Part shown: positions 25,982-33,648 of the stretch, piece after piece
Layout: every line of letters begins with the position of its first letter
Position numbering within the stretch: the stretch's first letter is position 1
Source of the DNA: Mageeibacillus sp. UBA5747
GTDB lineage: Bacteria > Bacillota > Clostridia > Saccharofermentanales > UBA5734
Reading direction: 5' to 3'
Length of the DNA: 64,000 nt
Assembly: GCA_002419145.1 (NCBI GenBank)
Contig: DIFN01000029.1
Location: forward strand, 12,584 to 76,583
Translations under genes and position numbers: made by a program
The notes under the pieces: model-generated
Told to the model about the DNA's origin: nothing
Database searches by the model: none
What the model saw: only the letters and a program-made list of their open reading frames with translations

Positions 25982-27376
25982 CTATTTCAAAGGCAAGGTC
26001 ACTTGGAAGGTGCTGCCTTGGCCTGGCTGGCTGTCTACGGTTACCCGTCCGCCATGGGCTTCGACGATCGATTTGACGATTGCCAGACCGATGCCAGAGC
26101 CTCCAGTCTCGCGGGCTCGGGATTTGTCAGCGCGGTAAAAGCGCTCGAAAATCTGGGTCTGGTCTTCTGGAGCGATGCCGATCCCCGTGTCTTTGATACT
26201 GATGATGACCTGGCTGTCTGCCATCTGTGAGACCACATGGACCGATCCGCCGGGATTGGTGTATTTCAGGGCATTGGCAATCAGATTGATGAATACCTGG
26301 CTCAATTTATCGGTGTCACCCTGGACAACAATCGGATCCACTTGGATGCTCAATTGCACATTTTTACTGGCAAAATCGCGCTGGAAATTCAAGCCGATGC
26401 GTTGCAGCAAAGCTTTCAAGTCAACGGTTTCTTTGTGCAAGTTCAGGTTTCCCTGTTCGATCTGGGTCAATTTTTCGAGATCCTTGACCAGGCTGGATAT
26501 CCGGACGACTTCGCCATGACAACTTTCAAGCCGTTTCTGGTCAGCTCGCCAGGTGCCATCAATCATGGCTTCCAGATGGCTCTGCAGAACAGCCAAAGGC
26601 GTGCGCAGCTCGTGGGCGACATCGCTGGTCAGTTGCTTGCGCATGGTTTCCTGGCGCCCGAGGGATTCAGCGAGGCTGTTAATCGAGCTGGTCAGTTCCG
26701 CTAGCTCCCGCGGCCCTTTTTCTTCAGTAATGCGGTCGGTGTAATGACCATTGGCGATCCGGCGTGTCGTCTGGATTGCTCGAGTAATTGGGTCGGTCAA
26801 CTGGCGGGCAATCACCAGGCCGAGGATGGCCGCAATAGCCATCGAGAGGGCTGCCGCAATCAGCAGCAATTGGTTCAGCCGTTTCAGAAAGGCCAGGTCG
26901 ACTTCTGAATAGGAGTAGGGCCCGTAAAATCCAATATCAAGCCAACCGACAGTGGCAGCGCCAACAGTTAACGTCTGGGTCTGCTCGGTATAGCCACCCT
27001 GGAAATTTTCAATCTGGCTCTGCATGCGCTCGGCATTGTTCGCCAGCATTAAGCTGCACATACCATGGTTATGCACCTGGGCATCCCAGAGGATCTGACC
27101 ATCCTGGTCTTTGAGACGGATCAACCAGCCTTCACTGAGGGCACTGACACCGATGCTTTCGATCCCGGCGGGGTCCCAGCGGTTGCCCCAGTCAACATAG
27201 CGGCTGGCAAACAAGTCGGCAAAAGCGACGATGCGCTGATTCTGCTTGTCGATGGCGTAGTTTTTGAACTGGTTAGCCAATAAGCCATTGGCTGCATAGC
27301 TGATGATAGCAAACATGACCGAAACGACCAGGAAAAAAGCTAAGGACAGGCGGGCTTTGAGCCGCATGGATTTCAC
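25982..27376 (-). CDS. sensor histidine kinase (2 TM, HAMP, HisKA, HATPase)
   Basis: 464 aa. H-box SDVAHELRTPLAVL, N box NLIANALKYT, G boxes DTGIGI and GGSGIGLAIV. Confidence 0.9.
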   Translation of the reverse strand: MKSMRLKARLSLAFFLVVSVMFAIISYAANGLLANQFKNYAIDKQNQRIVAFADLFASRYVDWGNRWDPAGIESIGVSALSEGWLIRLKDQDGQILWDAQVHNHGMCSLMLANNAERMQSQIENFQGGYTEQTQTLTVGAATVGWLDIGFYGPYSYSEVDLAFLKRLNQLLLIAAALSMAIAAILGLVIARQLTDPITRAIQTTRRIANGHYTDRITEEKGPRELAELTSSINSLAESLGRQETMRKQLTSDVAHELRTPLAVLQSHLEAMIDGTWRADQKRLESCHGEVVRISSLVKDLEKLTQIEQGNLNLHKETVDLKALLQRIGLNFQRDFASKNVQLSIQVDPIVVQGDTDKLSQVFINLIANALKYTNPGGSVHVVSQMADSQVIISIKDTGIGIAPEDQTQIFERFYRADKSRARETGGSGIGLAIVKSIVEAHGGRVTVDSQPGQGSTFQVTLPLK

Positions 27377-28077
27377 GAGCCGCCTCCAAATTTGTAACCG
27401 ATGCCATGAACGGTCTGGATGTACTGCGGGGCGCGCGTATCGTCTTCGATTTTTTGGCGGATATTTTTGATGTGGCTGTCAATGACGCGGTCGTTGCCTT
27501 GGTAGTCATCCTCCAGCGCCAGTAATATCAGTTCTTCGCGGGTGAAGACTTTGGTCGGATATTTACCCAGGGAAGCCAGGATTTTGAACTCAATCGGGGT
27601 CAGGGCTACTGGTTCACCGGTCTTGCGCACTTCATGGCGCAGGCTATCGATGACCAGGTCGCCGTTGTTGAAAGAAAGCTGGTCGGACAGAGTGAAGGCC
27701 TCGTCAGACATGCGGCGCAAAATGGCTTGGACTCGGGCCACTAACTGGCGCGGGCTGAAGGGCTTGGTCACATAGTCATCCGCGCCGAGCTGGAATCCCG
27801 CCAGCAAATCGATCTCAGCTACCTTGGCTGTCAGCATGAGGATCGGCACTCGAGATTTGCGCCGGATTGTGCGGCAGACCTCCTCTCCGCTGATGTCCGG
27901 CAGCATCAGATCCAGCACCACCAGGTCCGGTGCCTGCTGGTCAAAAAGAGCAAGGGCTTGACGACCGGTGCAGGCCTCCAGTACCTGGAAACCTGCATTC
28001 ACGAGGTAATCGCATACAACCTCGACAATCCCTTTTTCGTCATCCACGACCAAAATTGTTTGTTTACTCATTGCCAA
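27373..28077 (-). CDS. OmpR-family response regulator
   Basis: 234 aa. ILVVDDE...DLVVLDLMLPDISG receiver domain plus a winged-helix C-terminus (IQTVHGIGYKF). It overlaps the kinase gene by 4 nt. The second ATG at 28071 has the better SD (AGGTGA). Confidence 0.9.
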   Translation of the reverse strand: MAMSKQTILVVDDEKGIVEVVCDYLVNAGFQVLEACTGRQALALFDQQAPDLVVLDLMLPDISGEEVCRTIRRKSRVPILMLTAKVAEIDLLAGFQLGADDYVTKPFSPRQLVARVQAILRRMSDEAFTLSDQLSFNNGDLVIDSLRHEVRKTGEPVALTPIEFKILASLGKYPTKVFTREELILLALEDDYQGNDRVIDSHIKNIRQKIEDDTRAPQYIQTVHGIGYKFGGGS

Positions 28078-28238
28078 TCACCTGAGTGTGCCAAAAAAGA
28101 CTCCCGGGGGTAAGCCCTTCCCAGGCGGTCTTGTTGCGAAATCGCCCCGGGCAACCCCCCTGTGGGGAGAATTGTCGCAAATATTTGTGGAGATTTTGTG
28201 AGAGTGAGAGGTTGGTTCAATTCGTGCCAGGCAGTGGG

Positions 28239-29129
28239 TTACAGTCCAGACTCGTATGCAGTCTGGACTGCTGCCTGGTGTTGGCTGTCGACCGAGTTGG
28301 TCCCATGGGTACGGCTCTTGTAGAAATGGATGTCGAAATGGCCATCCATGTCGTTACCTTTGACAGAGTCGTAATTGATGCCGGTGCCAAAGTCACCGCT
28401 GCGATTGCGGACGGTCTCCAGAGCAGGTTGGTTATCCAAGCCGGCATGGGGACGGCAGGTCATCGATGCGGCGATGCGCTGACCGTCAATCTCAACGATG
28501 ATCGGGCGGCGCGTCCAGTTCCATTCACCACCTGCGACCTGCAGCAATTTGGCCGTTTCGACTGGGTCGATCGTCTCGACATCCGCATGATTGTGGCCGC
28601 CGGTGCGCTGGACCGAAAGCCGGATCCCGGTCTCAAGGTCCATCACCGTGGCAACATCCCCTTTGGCGTAAACGGTTTCCGCTTCGCCAAACCAAGGCAT
28701 CCGGATGAGCGGTGCGGCAGCCGGGTTTGGCGAAGCGGATTTGCCACGGCTGAGGGTTTCTTCGCTCTGGGTCAGGTCAGGAGCGGCCAGCAGAGTGAGT
28801 GTTGGAGCGGGCGTATGGCCAGTCGTTGCCTGAGTAGGCGTGTCCGCAGTTGCTGATGGTTCGGGGCTGAATGTAACCTCAGATGTCACATGGTCTGGCT
28901 CGACAATTCTGGCTGCCAATTCGGCGTCATCGAGGGAAACGAGCCTAAACGAAATTGAAACATCCTGAGCTGAAACGGTTGGCAAGGCTTGCTGGGCCAG
29001 TTCCGTTACAACAGTTTCCTCCACTCGCGATTGAGCAGGATGTGCAACAATGGTCAAAGCGGGTATTACAGTGAATGACGTCAGAAAAAAGACGGCCGAA
29101 ACAAGGGCAGCGGTTTTTTGAATATGCAT
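28239..29129 (-). CDS. secreted/anchored protein of unknown family
   Basis: 296 aa. N-terminal signal/anchor MHIQKTAALVSAVFFLTSFTVIPALTIVA, then a Thr/Pro/Ala-rich linker, then a ~170-aa C-terminal domain (..GGHNHADVE..CRPHAGLDNQP..GHFDIHFYKSRTHG..) that I cannot assign. It follows a ydaO-type leader. Confidence 0.75.
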   Translation of the reverse strand: MHIQKTAALVSAVFFLTSFTVIPALTIVAHPAQSRVEETVVTELAQQALPTVSAQDVSISFRLVSLDDAELAARIVEPDHVTSEVTFSPEPSATADTPTQATTGHTPAPTLTLLAAPDLTQSEETLSRGKSASPNPAAAPLIRMPWFGEAETVYAKGDVATVMDLETGIRLSVQRTGGHNHADVETIDPVETAKLLQVAGGEWNWTRRPIIVEIDGQRIAASMTCRPHAGLDNQPALETVRNRSGDFGTGINYDSVKGNDMDGHFDIHFYKSRTHGTNSVDSQHQAAVQTAYESGL

Positions 29130-29156
29130 GAGCAGGGCATGGGCTCCTCTTTTGAT

Positions 29157-29278
29157 AGCTTGCGAGGTTAGTTGACGGATTCGGGAAAAAGAGCAGTCCC
29201 GGCCGCAGACGCGGCTTCACCCCAAGATGTAGAGAAAATTCCCCCGCTCCTCCTGGAACCAGGAAGATTCAGCTTCGG
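29157..29278 (-). promoter_or_regulatory. c-di-AMP riboswitch (ydaO-yuaA / kimA class)
   Basis: The minus-strand RNA reads GCUGAAUCUUCCUGGUUCCAGGAGGAGCGGGGGAAUU..CUUGGGGUGAAGCC..CCCGAAUCCGUCAACUAACCUCGCAAGCU. These blocks parallel the B. subtilis ydaO cores as I recall them (GAGCGGGGGACCCA; GGGGUGAAUCC; CCCGAACCCGUCAGCUAACCUCGUAAGCG). The SD AGAGGAG follows within about 10 nt. Confidence 0.7.
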
Positions 29279-29283
29279 GCAAC

Positions 29284-29312
29284 ATTTTACAAGCTATCAC
29301 CTGACAAAGCAA
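29284..29312 (-). promoter_or_regulatory. promoter of the riboswitch-led transcript (TTGCTT-N17-TAAAAT with TG extension)
   Basis: The minus strand reads TTGCTT (29312..29307), a 17-nt spacer ending in TG, then TAAAAT (29289..29284). Confidence 0.5.
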
Positions 29313-29417
29313 CAGACAATGTCAAATTATTGGCAATTCCGGCTATTTGCACAAAAAGAGACAAAAATGGGACGGCGTCTTCTTTTGTACAACCCCTGGC
29401 GTTGCCACAGCAACAAA

Positions 29418-29452
29418 GTGCCGAATTTGGGACGGCGTCCCAAATTCGGCAC
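29418..29452 (-). terminator. perfect 16-bp hairpin (possible second terminator / structured RNA)
   Basis: GTGCCGAATTTGGGAC-GGC-GTCCCAAATTCGGCAC, followed on the minus strand by TTTGTTG. Confidence 0.45.
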
Positions 29453-29467
29453 AACAATGGCAGCACA

Positions 29468-29498
29468 AGCAAAAGCGCTGCCGTTTCCAGCAGCGCTT
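29468..29498 (-). terminator. Rho-independent terminator downstream of the DUF3006 gene
   Basis: On the minus strand, the stem AGCGCTGC / GCAGCGCT with a 7-nt loop is followed by TTTTGCTTG. Confidence 0.65.
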
Positions 29499-29571
29499 GA
29501 TGGTTTTTTGATCGGCTCATCTTTGCCGGATGATGTCGGTTTTGCCGGTTTTTGTCCGTTTGGCTTCGATG

Positions 29572-29799
29572 CTAGTCGAAAAAATACTCGCTCATGCGGC
29601 GGATTTCGCGACGGTGCAGTTCGGTGATGGTGCTGTCGACGGTCAGGCGGTGTTGCTCGCTGTCTTCGACGATGAAGTCACCTTCGTGAACGTTGGTTGG
29701 TAGTGCTTTCTGCGTAATGCAGGCCGAGGAACGGTCAGCCATGTCAATGACAGCGCCCTCCTTTTCAAAATGGTTGATGAAACCTTCGAGTCTGGTCAC
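29572..29799 (-). CDS. DUF3006-family protein
   Basis: 75 aa. The pattern ..EGAVIDMADRSSACITQKALPTNVHEGDFIVEDSEQHRLTVDSTITELHRREI matches my memory of DUF3006 (EG..a.le..dg....i....LP....EGD.......i....T..r...i). Confidence 0.65.
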   Translation of the reverse strand: MTRLEGFINHFEKEGAVIDMADRSSACITQKALPTNVHEGDFIVEDSEQHRLTVDSTITELHRREIRRMSEYFFD

Positions 29800-30043
29800 A
29801 AAAATCCTCCTTTCGGACTTGTCCAGTTATCTTGGGGACAAGGTAATCGGTCTGAGGCAAGTTGCTGTTTCCAGAAAAATGATATCTCCGTTGGCCCTGT
29901 GATGATGGTCACTGAGTTGCTATTAGTTTAGCAGGATTATCTTCAGAAGATGGAACCTGTGTAACCCCTGTAACCTGGGACTCGAAAATAGATCTGTTTC
30001 TCTGCTAAGGTGCAGTAAAAGGTCTCCCGTCTGGAGGTAAGAT

Positions 30044-30691
30044 ATGAAAATCGAAGTGTGGGCAGATTTTGTCTGTCCGTATTGCATGGTTGGCAAAAGG
30101 CGTCTGGAAGAGGCGCTCTCGCTGTTTGAGCACCGCACCGAGGTGGAAGTCGTCTACCGCAGTTTCGAATTGTATCCAGGTCGATCAGGCTACTCGGGCC
30201 AAAGCTTAGCCGACGTTTTGAGCGAAGTCGAAAATATGACACCGGAGAAAGTCCGGCGAATTTTGCACAAGACAGCCCAACTGGGCCGCGAAGTTGGGCT
30301 GACTTTTGCCCTCGATGCGGTTAAGCCAACAAACACACACGACGCACATCGCTTATGTCACTTTGCTCGTGAAGCCGGACACGAGGAGGCATTGATCCGC
30401 CGGATTTATGAGGCCTATTTCCTGGACGGAAAGGTTATCAGCGATCCCGATACCTTGCTGGAGCTTGCTGTTCAGGCCGGTCTCGACCGCGCAGCTGCAA
30501 AAGCAGTGTTGCATGACCAATCGGCTTTCCATGATGATGTCGCCACAGACCAGGCCGAAGCTCACAAGATCAATTTTCCGGTAGTCCCGCATTTCCGGAT
30601 CAACGGGCAACATCACCTTTCGGCTGTACCATCCCTGGATGAATTGCTCAGAGTCTTGCTTCAGGCTTGGGGCGAAGAAAACCAGTCATAA
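30044..30691 (+). CDS. DsbA/FrnE-family thiol oxidoreductase
   Basis: 215 aa. N-terminal MKIEVWADFVCPYCMVGKRRLEEAL carries the CPYC active site. SD GGAGGTAAGAT precedes the ATG. Confidence 0.85.
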   Translation: MKIEVWADFVCPYCMVGKRRLEEALSLFEHRTEVEVVYRSFELYPGRSGYSGQSLADVLSEVENMTPEKVRRILHKTAQLGREVGLTFALDAVKPTNTHDAHRLCHFAREAGHEEALIRRIYEAYFLDGKVISDPDTLLELAVQAGLDRAAAKAVLHDQSAFHDDVATDQAEAHKINFPVVPHFRINGQHHLSAVPSLDELLRVLLQAWGEENQS

Positions 30692-31002
30692 TATTCATAT
30701 AGTTTCTGGACACCATTTTCCAGCACAAAATAATGCCGGACATAAGGGATGAGCAGACACGCAATCAGAATAAGTGCTCCCGCATACCATACATTTCCGG
30801 ATATCGCTACAGCAAGCAGGGCGATGAGGGCCAGTACTGCAAAAGCGAGCGTCACGAGCAGGTGAATCAGGCGTTCGTGCTGGAAAAATCCGATCTGAAC
30901 AAGCAAATCGGCCAAAACAGCCTGTCGCTGAGCTTCGGTGAGATCTGGGATGGCCATCTTCTGTGCCAAGTCAGCCGTATATCGTTTCAGACGCTTTTCC
31001 AT
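30661..31002 (-). CDS. small two-TM membrane protein, unknown function
   Basis: 113 aa starting at ATG 31002 behind GGAGG. It has two long hydrophobic helices. Its 3' end overlaps the convergent dsbA-like gene by 31 nt. Confidence 0.55.
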   Translation of the reverse strand: MEKRLKRYTADLAQKMAIPDLTEAQRQAVLADLLVQIGFFQHERLIHLLVTLAFAVLALIALLAVAISGNVWYAGALILIACLLIPYVRHYFVLENGVQKLYEYYDWFSSPQA

Positions 31003-31068
31003 CACTTTGCCTCCGCACTCCTTGGACACGACACCGTCAGTCTGATATTAAGTACGCGCTAGCCGCGC

Positions 31069-32709
31069 TTACGCGCTCACACGTTCGGCAGCCTGGGTGT
31101 ACATCGCTTCCACGCGGGCCTGGACAGTGTCATCTTCGAGGTATTCATCGATCGGAAGGTAGCTGTCGACCACGCCGCCAGGGGTCAGTTCGATGATCCG
31201 GTTAGCGATCGTCTCGATGAAGGTGTAGTCGTGCGAGGCAAACAGCAGAGAGCCTTTAAAGGCGACCAGACCATTATTGACCGCAGTAATCGATTCAAGG
31301 TCGAGGTGGTTGGTCGGCTCGTCGAGAATCAGAACATTGGCCGAGGAGAGCATCAGGCGCGAGAACATGCAGCGCATCCGCTCGCCACCAGACAGCACGC
31401 ACGCTTCCTTGAGCGCTTCATCACCGGAAAAAAGCATTTTACCAAGGAACCCACGGCAGTAGCTTTCGTTCTGGTCAGATGAGTACTGTCGGATCCAGTC
31501 AACCAGGTTCAGATGGACATTTTCAAAAAAGGCTGTGTTGTCTTTGGGCAGATAGGCCTGAGACGTGGTCGTGCCCCAGCGGAACGTCCCGCTGTCGGCT
31601 TCCATTTCACCAGCCAGAATCTGGAACAAAGTCGTACGAGCCAAATCATTGCGTGCGAGAATGGCGATCTTGTCGCCCTTATTCATGCGGAACGTGATGT
31701 TGTCGAGCACTTTCTCTCCGTTGATCGTCTTACAGAGATTTTCCACGTAGAGGATGTCCTTACCGGCTTCGCGCTCGGGGGTAAAGCCGATGAACGGGTA
31801 GCGGCGCGAAGAAGGACGAATTTCATCGAGGACGATTTTGTCGAGCATTTTCTTTCTGGATGTCGCCTGACGGGCTTTGGAGGCATTGGAACCAAACCGG
31901 GCAATAAAGGCCTGTAGCTCGGCGATACGATCTTCCTTCTTCTTGTTGCGGTCATTCATCAGGCGCAGCATCAGCTGGCTCGATTCGTACCAGAAATCAT
32001 AATTGCCAACGACCAGGCGTGCTTTACCGTAGTCGATGTCGAGCATGTGTGTGCAGACCTTGTTGAGAAAGTGGCGGTCATGGGACACGACAATGACGGT
32101 GTTGGGATAGTCGATCAGGAAATCTTCCAGCCAGCGAATCGCCTTGTAGTCAAGATGGTTGGTCGGTTCGTCGAGAAGCAGGATGTGTGGATTGCCAAAC
32201 AGAGACTGGGCCAAAAGGACCTTGACCTTGTCACCGCTGGCAAGATCCCGCATCAGGCTGTGATGGAGCGACTTGTCCACACCCAGGCCCATCAAGAGCT
32301 TTTCGGCATCGGTTTCGGCATCCCAGCCACCCAGCTCTGCAAACTCATGCTCGAGATCCGCCGCAAGATGACCGTCCTCTTCCGTGAACGGGTCCTTGGC
32401 GTAGAGCACTTCCTTTTGCTTCATAATCTCATATAAACGCGAAAAGCCCATGATGACGGTTTCCAAGGCTGGAAAGTCATCATAGGCAAATTGGTTCTGT
32501 TTCAATGTGGCGAGGCGTTCCCCGGGCGTGATGACAACTGAACCGGTGGTGGGCTCAATTTCGCCGGACAAGATACGGATGAATGTCGTCTTGCCGGCGC
32601 CATTGGCACCGATCACGCCATAGCAATTACCGGGCGTGAATTTGACATTGACGTCGTCAAAAAGCTTTTTGTCGGAGAAACGAAGGCTGAGGTTGGTGAC
32701 TGTGATCAT
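31069..32709 (-). CDS. ABC-F family ATPase (YbiT/YkpA-like)
   Basis: 546 aa starting at ATG 32709 behind AGGGGGA. It has two ABC cassettes (GANGAGKTT; LSGGERMRCMF) joined by a charged linker (KKKEDRIAELQAFIARFGSNASKARQATSRKK) and no TM domain. It is collinear by eye with E. coli YbiT. Confidence 0.85.
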   Translation of the reverse strand: MITVTNLSLRFSDKKLFDDVNVKFTPGNCYGVIGANGAGKTTFIRILSGEIEPTTGSVVITPGERLATLKQNQFAYDDFPALETVIMGFSRLYEIMKQKEVLYAKDPFTEEDGHLAADLEHEFAELGGWDAETDAEKLLMGLGVDKSLHHSLMRDLASGDKVKVLLAQSLFGNPHILLLDEPTNHLDYKAIRWLEDFLIDYPNTVIVVSHDRHFLNKVCTHMLDIDYGKARLVVGNYDFWYESSQLMLRLMNDRNKKKEDRIAELQAFIARFGSNASKARQATSRKKMLDKIVLDEIRPSSRRYPFIGFTPEREAGKDILYVENLCKTINGEKVLDNITFRMNKGDKIAILARNDLARTTLFQILAGEMEADSGTFRWGTTTSQAYLPKDNTAFFENVHLNLVDWIRQYSSDQNESYCRGFLGKMLFSGDEALKEACVLSGGERMRCMFSRLMLSSANVLILDEPTNHLDLESITAVNNGLVAFKGSLLFASHDYTFIETIANRIIELTPGGVVDSYLPIDEYLEDDTVQARVEAMYTQAAERVSA

Positions 32710-32814
32710 GGATCCCCCTGTGGTTTTTGGCATGAAAGGATAGTATAGCTGATTCTTGCCAAAAATGCACGAACAGGGATCGGGCAAGTTGCATCACGCA
32801 AGGGAAGATGACTG

Positions 32815-32925
32815 TCAGGCGAGGATCCGCGGTCCGCGCCCAATGTAATAGGTGGTTTCCGGACGACGATGTCCAGCCAGCCAGCGCGTGTAGACGGTCA
32901 GAGCAAGCGTTTTCAACGATTTCAT
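32815..32925 (-). CDS. candidate 36-codon upstream ORF (MKSLKTLALTVYTRWLAGHRRPETTYYIGRGPRILA)
   Basis: A strong AGGAGG lies 8 nt before the ATG. A 9-bp hairpin (CTGGATAGT/ACTATCCAG) abuts the SD. The ORF lies about 105 nt upstream of the ABC-F start. No family recognised. Confidence 0.3.
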   Translation of the reverse strand: MKSLKTLALTVYTRWLAGHRRPETTYYIGRGPRILA

Positions 32926-33078
32926 GCGAGACACCTCCTGGATAGTTTGTCACTATCCAGTGTATCAGCCCAGATTTGTTTGAAGGTTAAGAAAGCGAGT
33001 CAATTTTATTAAAATCGTGGAGCGGGTTGTAATAATGGTGCAACCACAATCGTCTAGTAAGTTGAACGATTGAAGACA

Positions 33079-33575
33079 TCAATCAACCATTGTCTGGAAC
33101 CCTGACACCAGGGCAGTGCTGCTGCCTAAGACAAAGGTGCATGTCCCGGTGCTACCTGCGTAAAATGTACCATCTGCTGTCGTGGCCTGGGCGTCGTATT
33201 CGCCGACTGGATTGGTCTTGTTGGTGCTGTAATAGACAATCAGTTGACCAGATGAATTGGTTGTGCCCTCGACTGTCTTGGATTTGTTGTTCGGAGCAGT
33301 CACTTTGACAACAACCGTTGCATCTGAGACGGGGGTGCTACCATCTTCTTGGGTTACTGTAACTTGAATCGGCACTTTTCGCCAATGATGAAGGTGCCAT
33401 CACCGGCTGCCCCGCGTGTCGTTGTCGCAAGTGTTTCGGGGGCTTGGTTCATTTGTCCCTGTCCCAATCAGCTCATCGACCAAGCCATATCCGTACAGGG
33501 CATCCCTGTTTGCCGTGCCGAGATCATCCGCCATCGCCTGAAGGCCCTGATAGGCCGAGAGAACCCTAAATAGAT
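33079..33575 (-). pseudogene. remnant of a secreted protease/surface protein (S8-like C-terminal motif + Ig-like beta domain), frame-broken
   Basis: The minus strand reads ..VLSAYQGLQAMADDLGTANRDALYGYGLVDELIGTGTNEP, resembling the subtilase C-terminal GYGLVD motif. After frame shifts it reads ..GDGTFIIGEK.. and then a 98-aa beta-rich ORF (PIQVTVTQEDGSTPVSDATVVVKVTAPNNKSKTVEGTTNSSGQLIV..). There is no upstream catalytic domain. Confidence 0.35.
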
Positions 33576-33648
33576 GCTAACATTGCGTGTAGCACTGTCA
33601 AATAACTAAAAAGCAAATTATAAATTACAAGTCAGGGCTGCAGGCAGC

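Noticed and set aside
28078-28238. GC-rich structured spacer upstream of the response-regulator gene (inverted TTGCGA(C)AAT arms about 47 bp apart, and a stem followed by T6), considered as an attenuator or binding site.
   Set aside because: The stems are interrupted by mismatches, and I could define no clean promoter or terminator geometry. It is most simply the terminator region of the upstream secreted-protein gene.
28086-28856. 256-aa plus-strand ORF overlapping the secreted-protein gene. Similar long antisense ORFs occur at 6156..6983, 39137..40081, 47645..48313, 51878..52639, 57556..58224, 60487..61380 and 63147..63812.
   Set aside because: Each lies entirely antisense to a gene with clear family motifs. 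They have Arg/Gly/Ala-rich low-information composition and no SD. They are typical shadow ORFs of GC-rich coding DNA.
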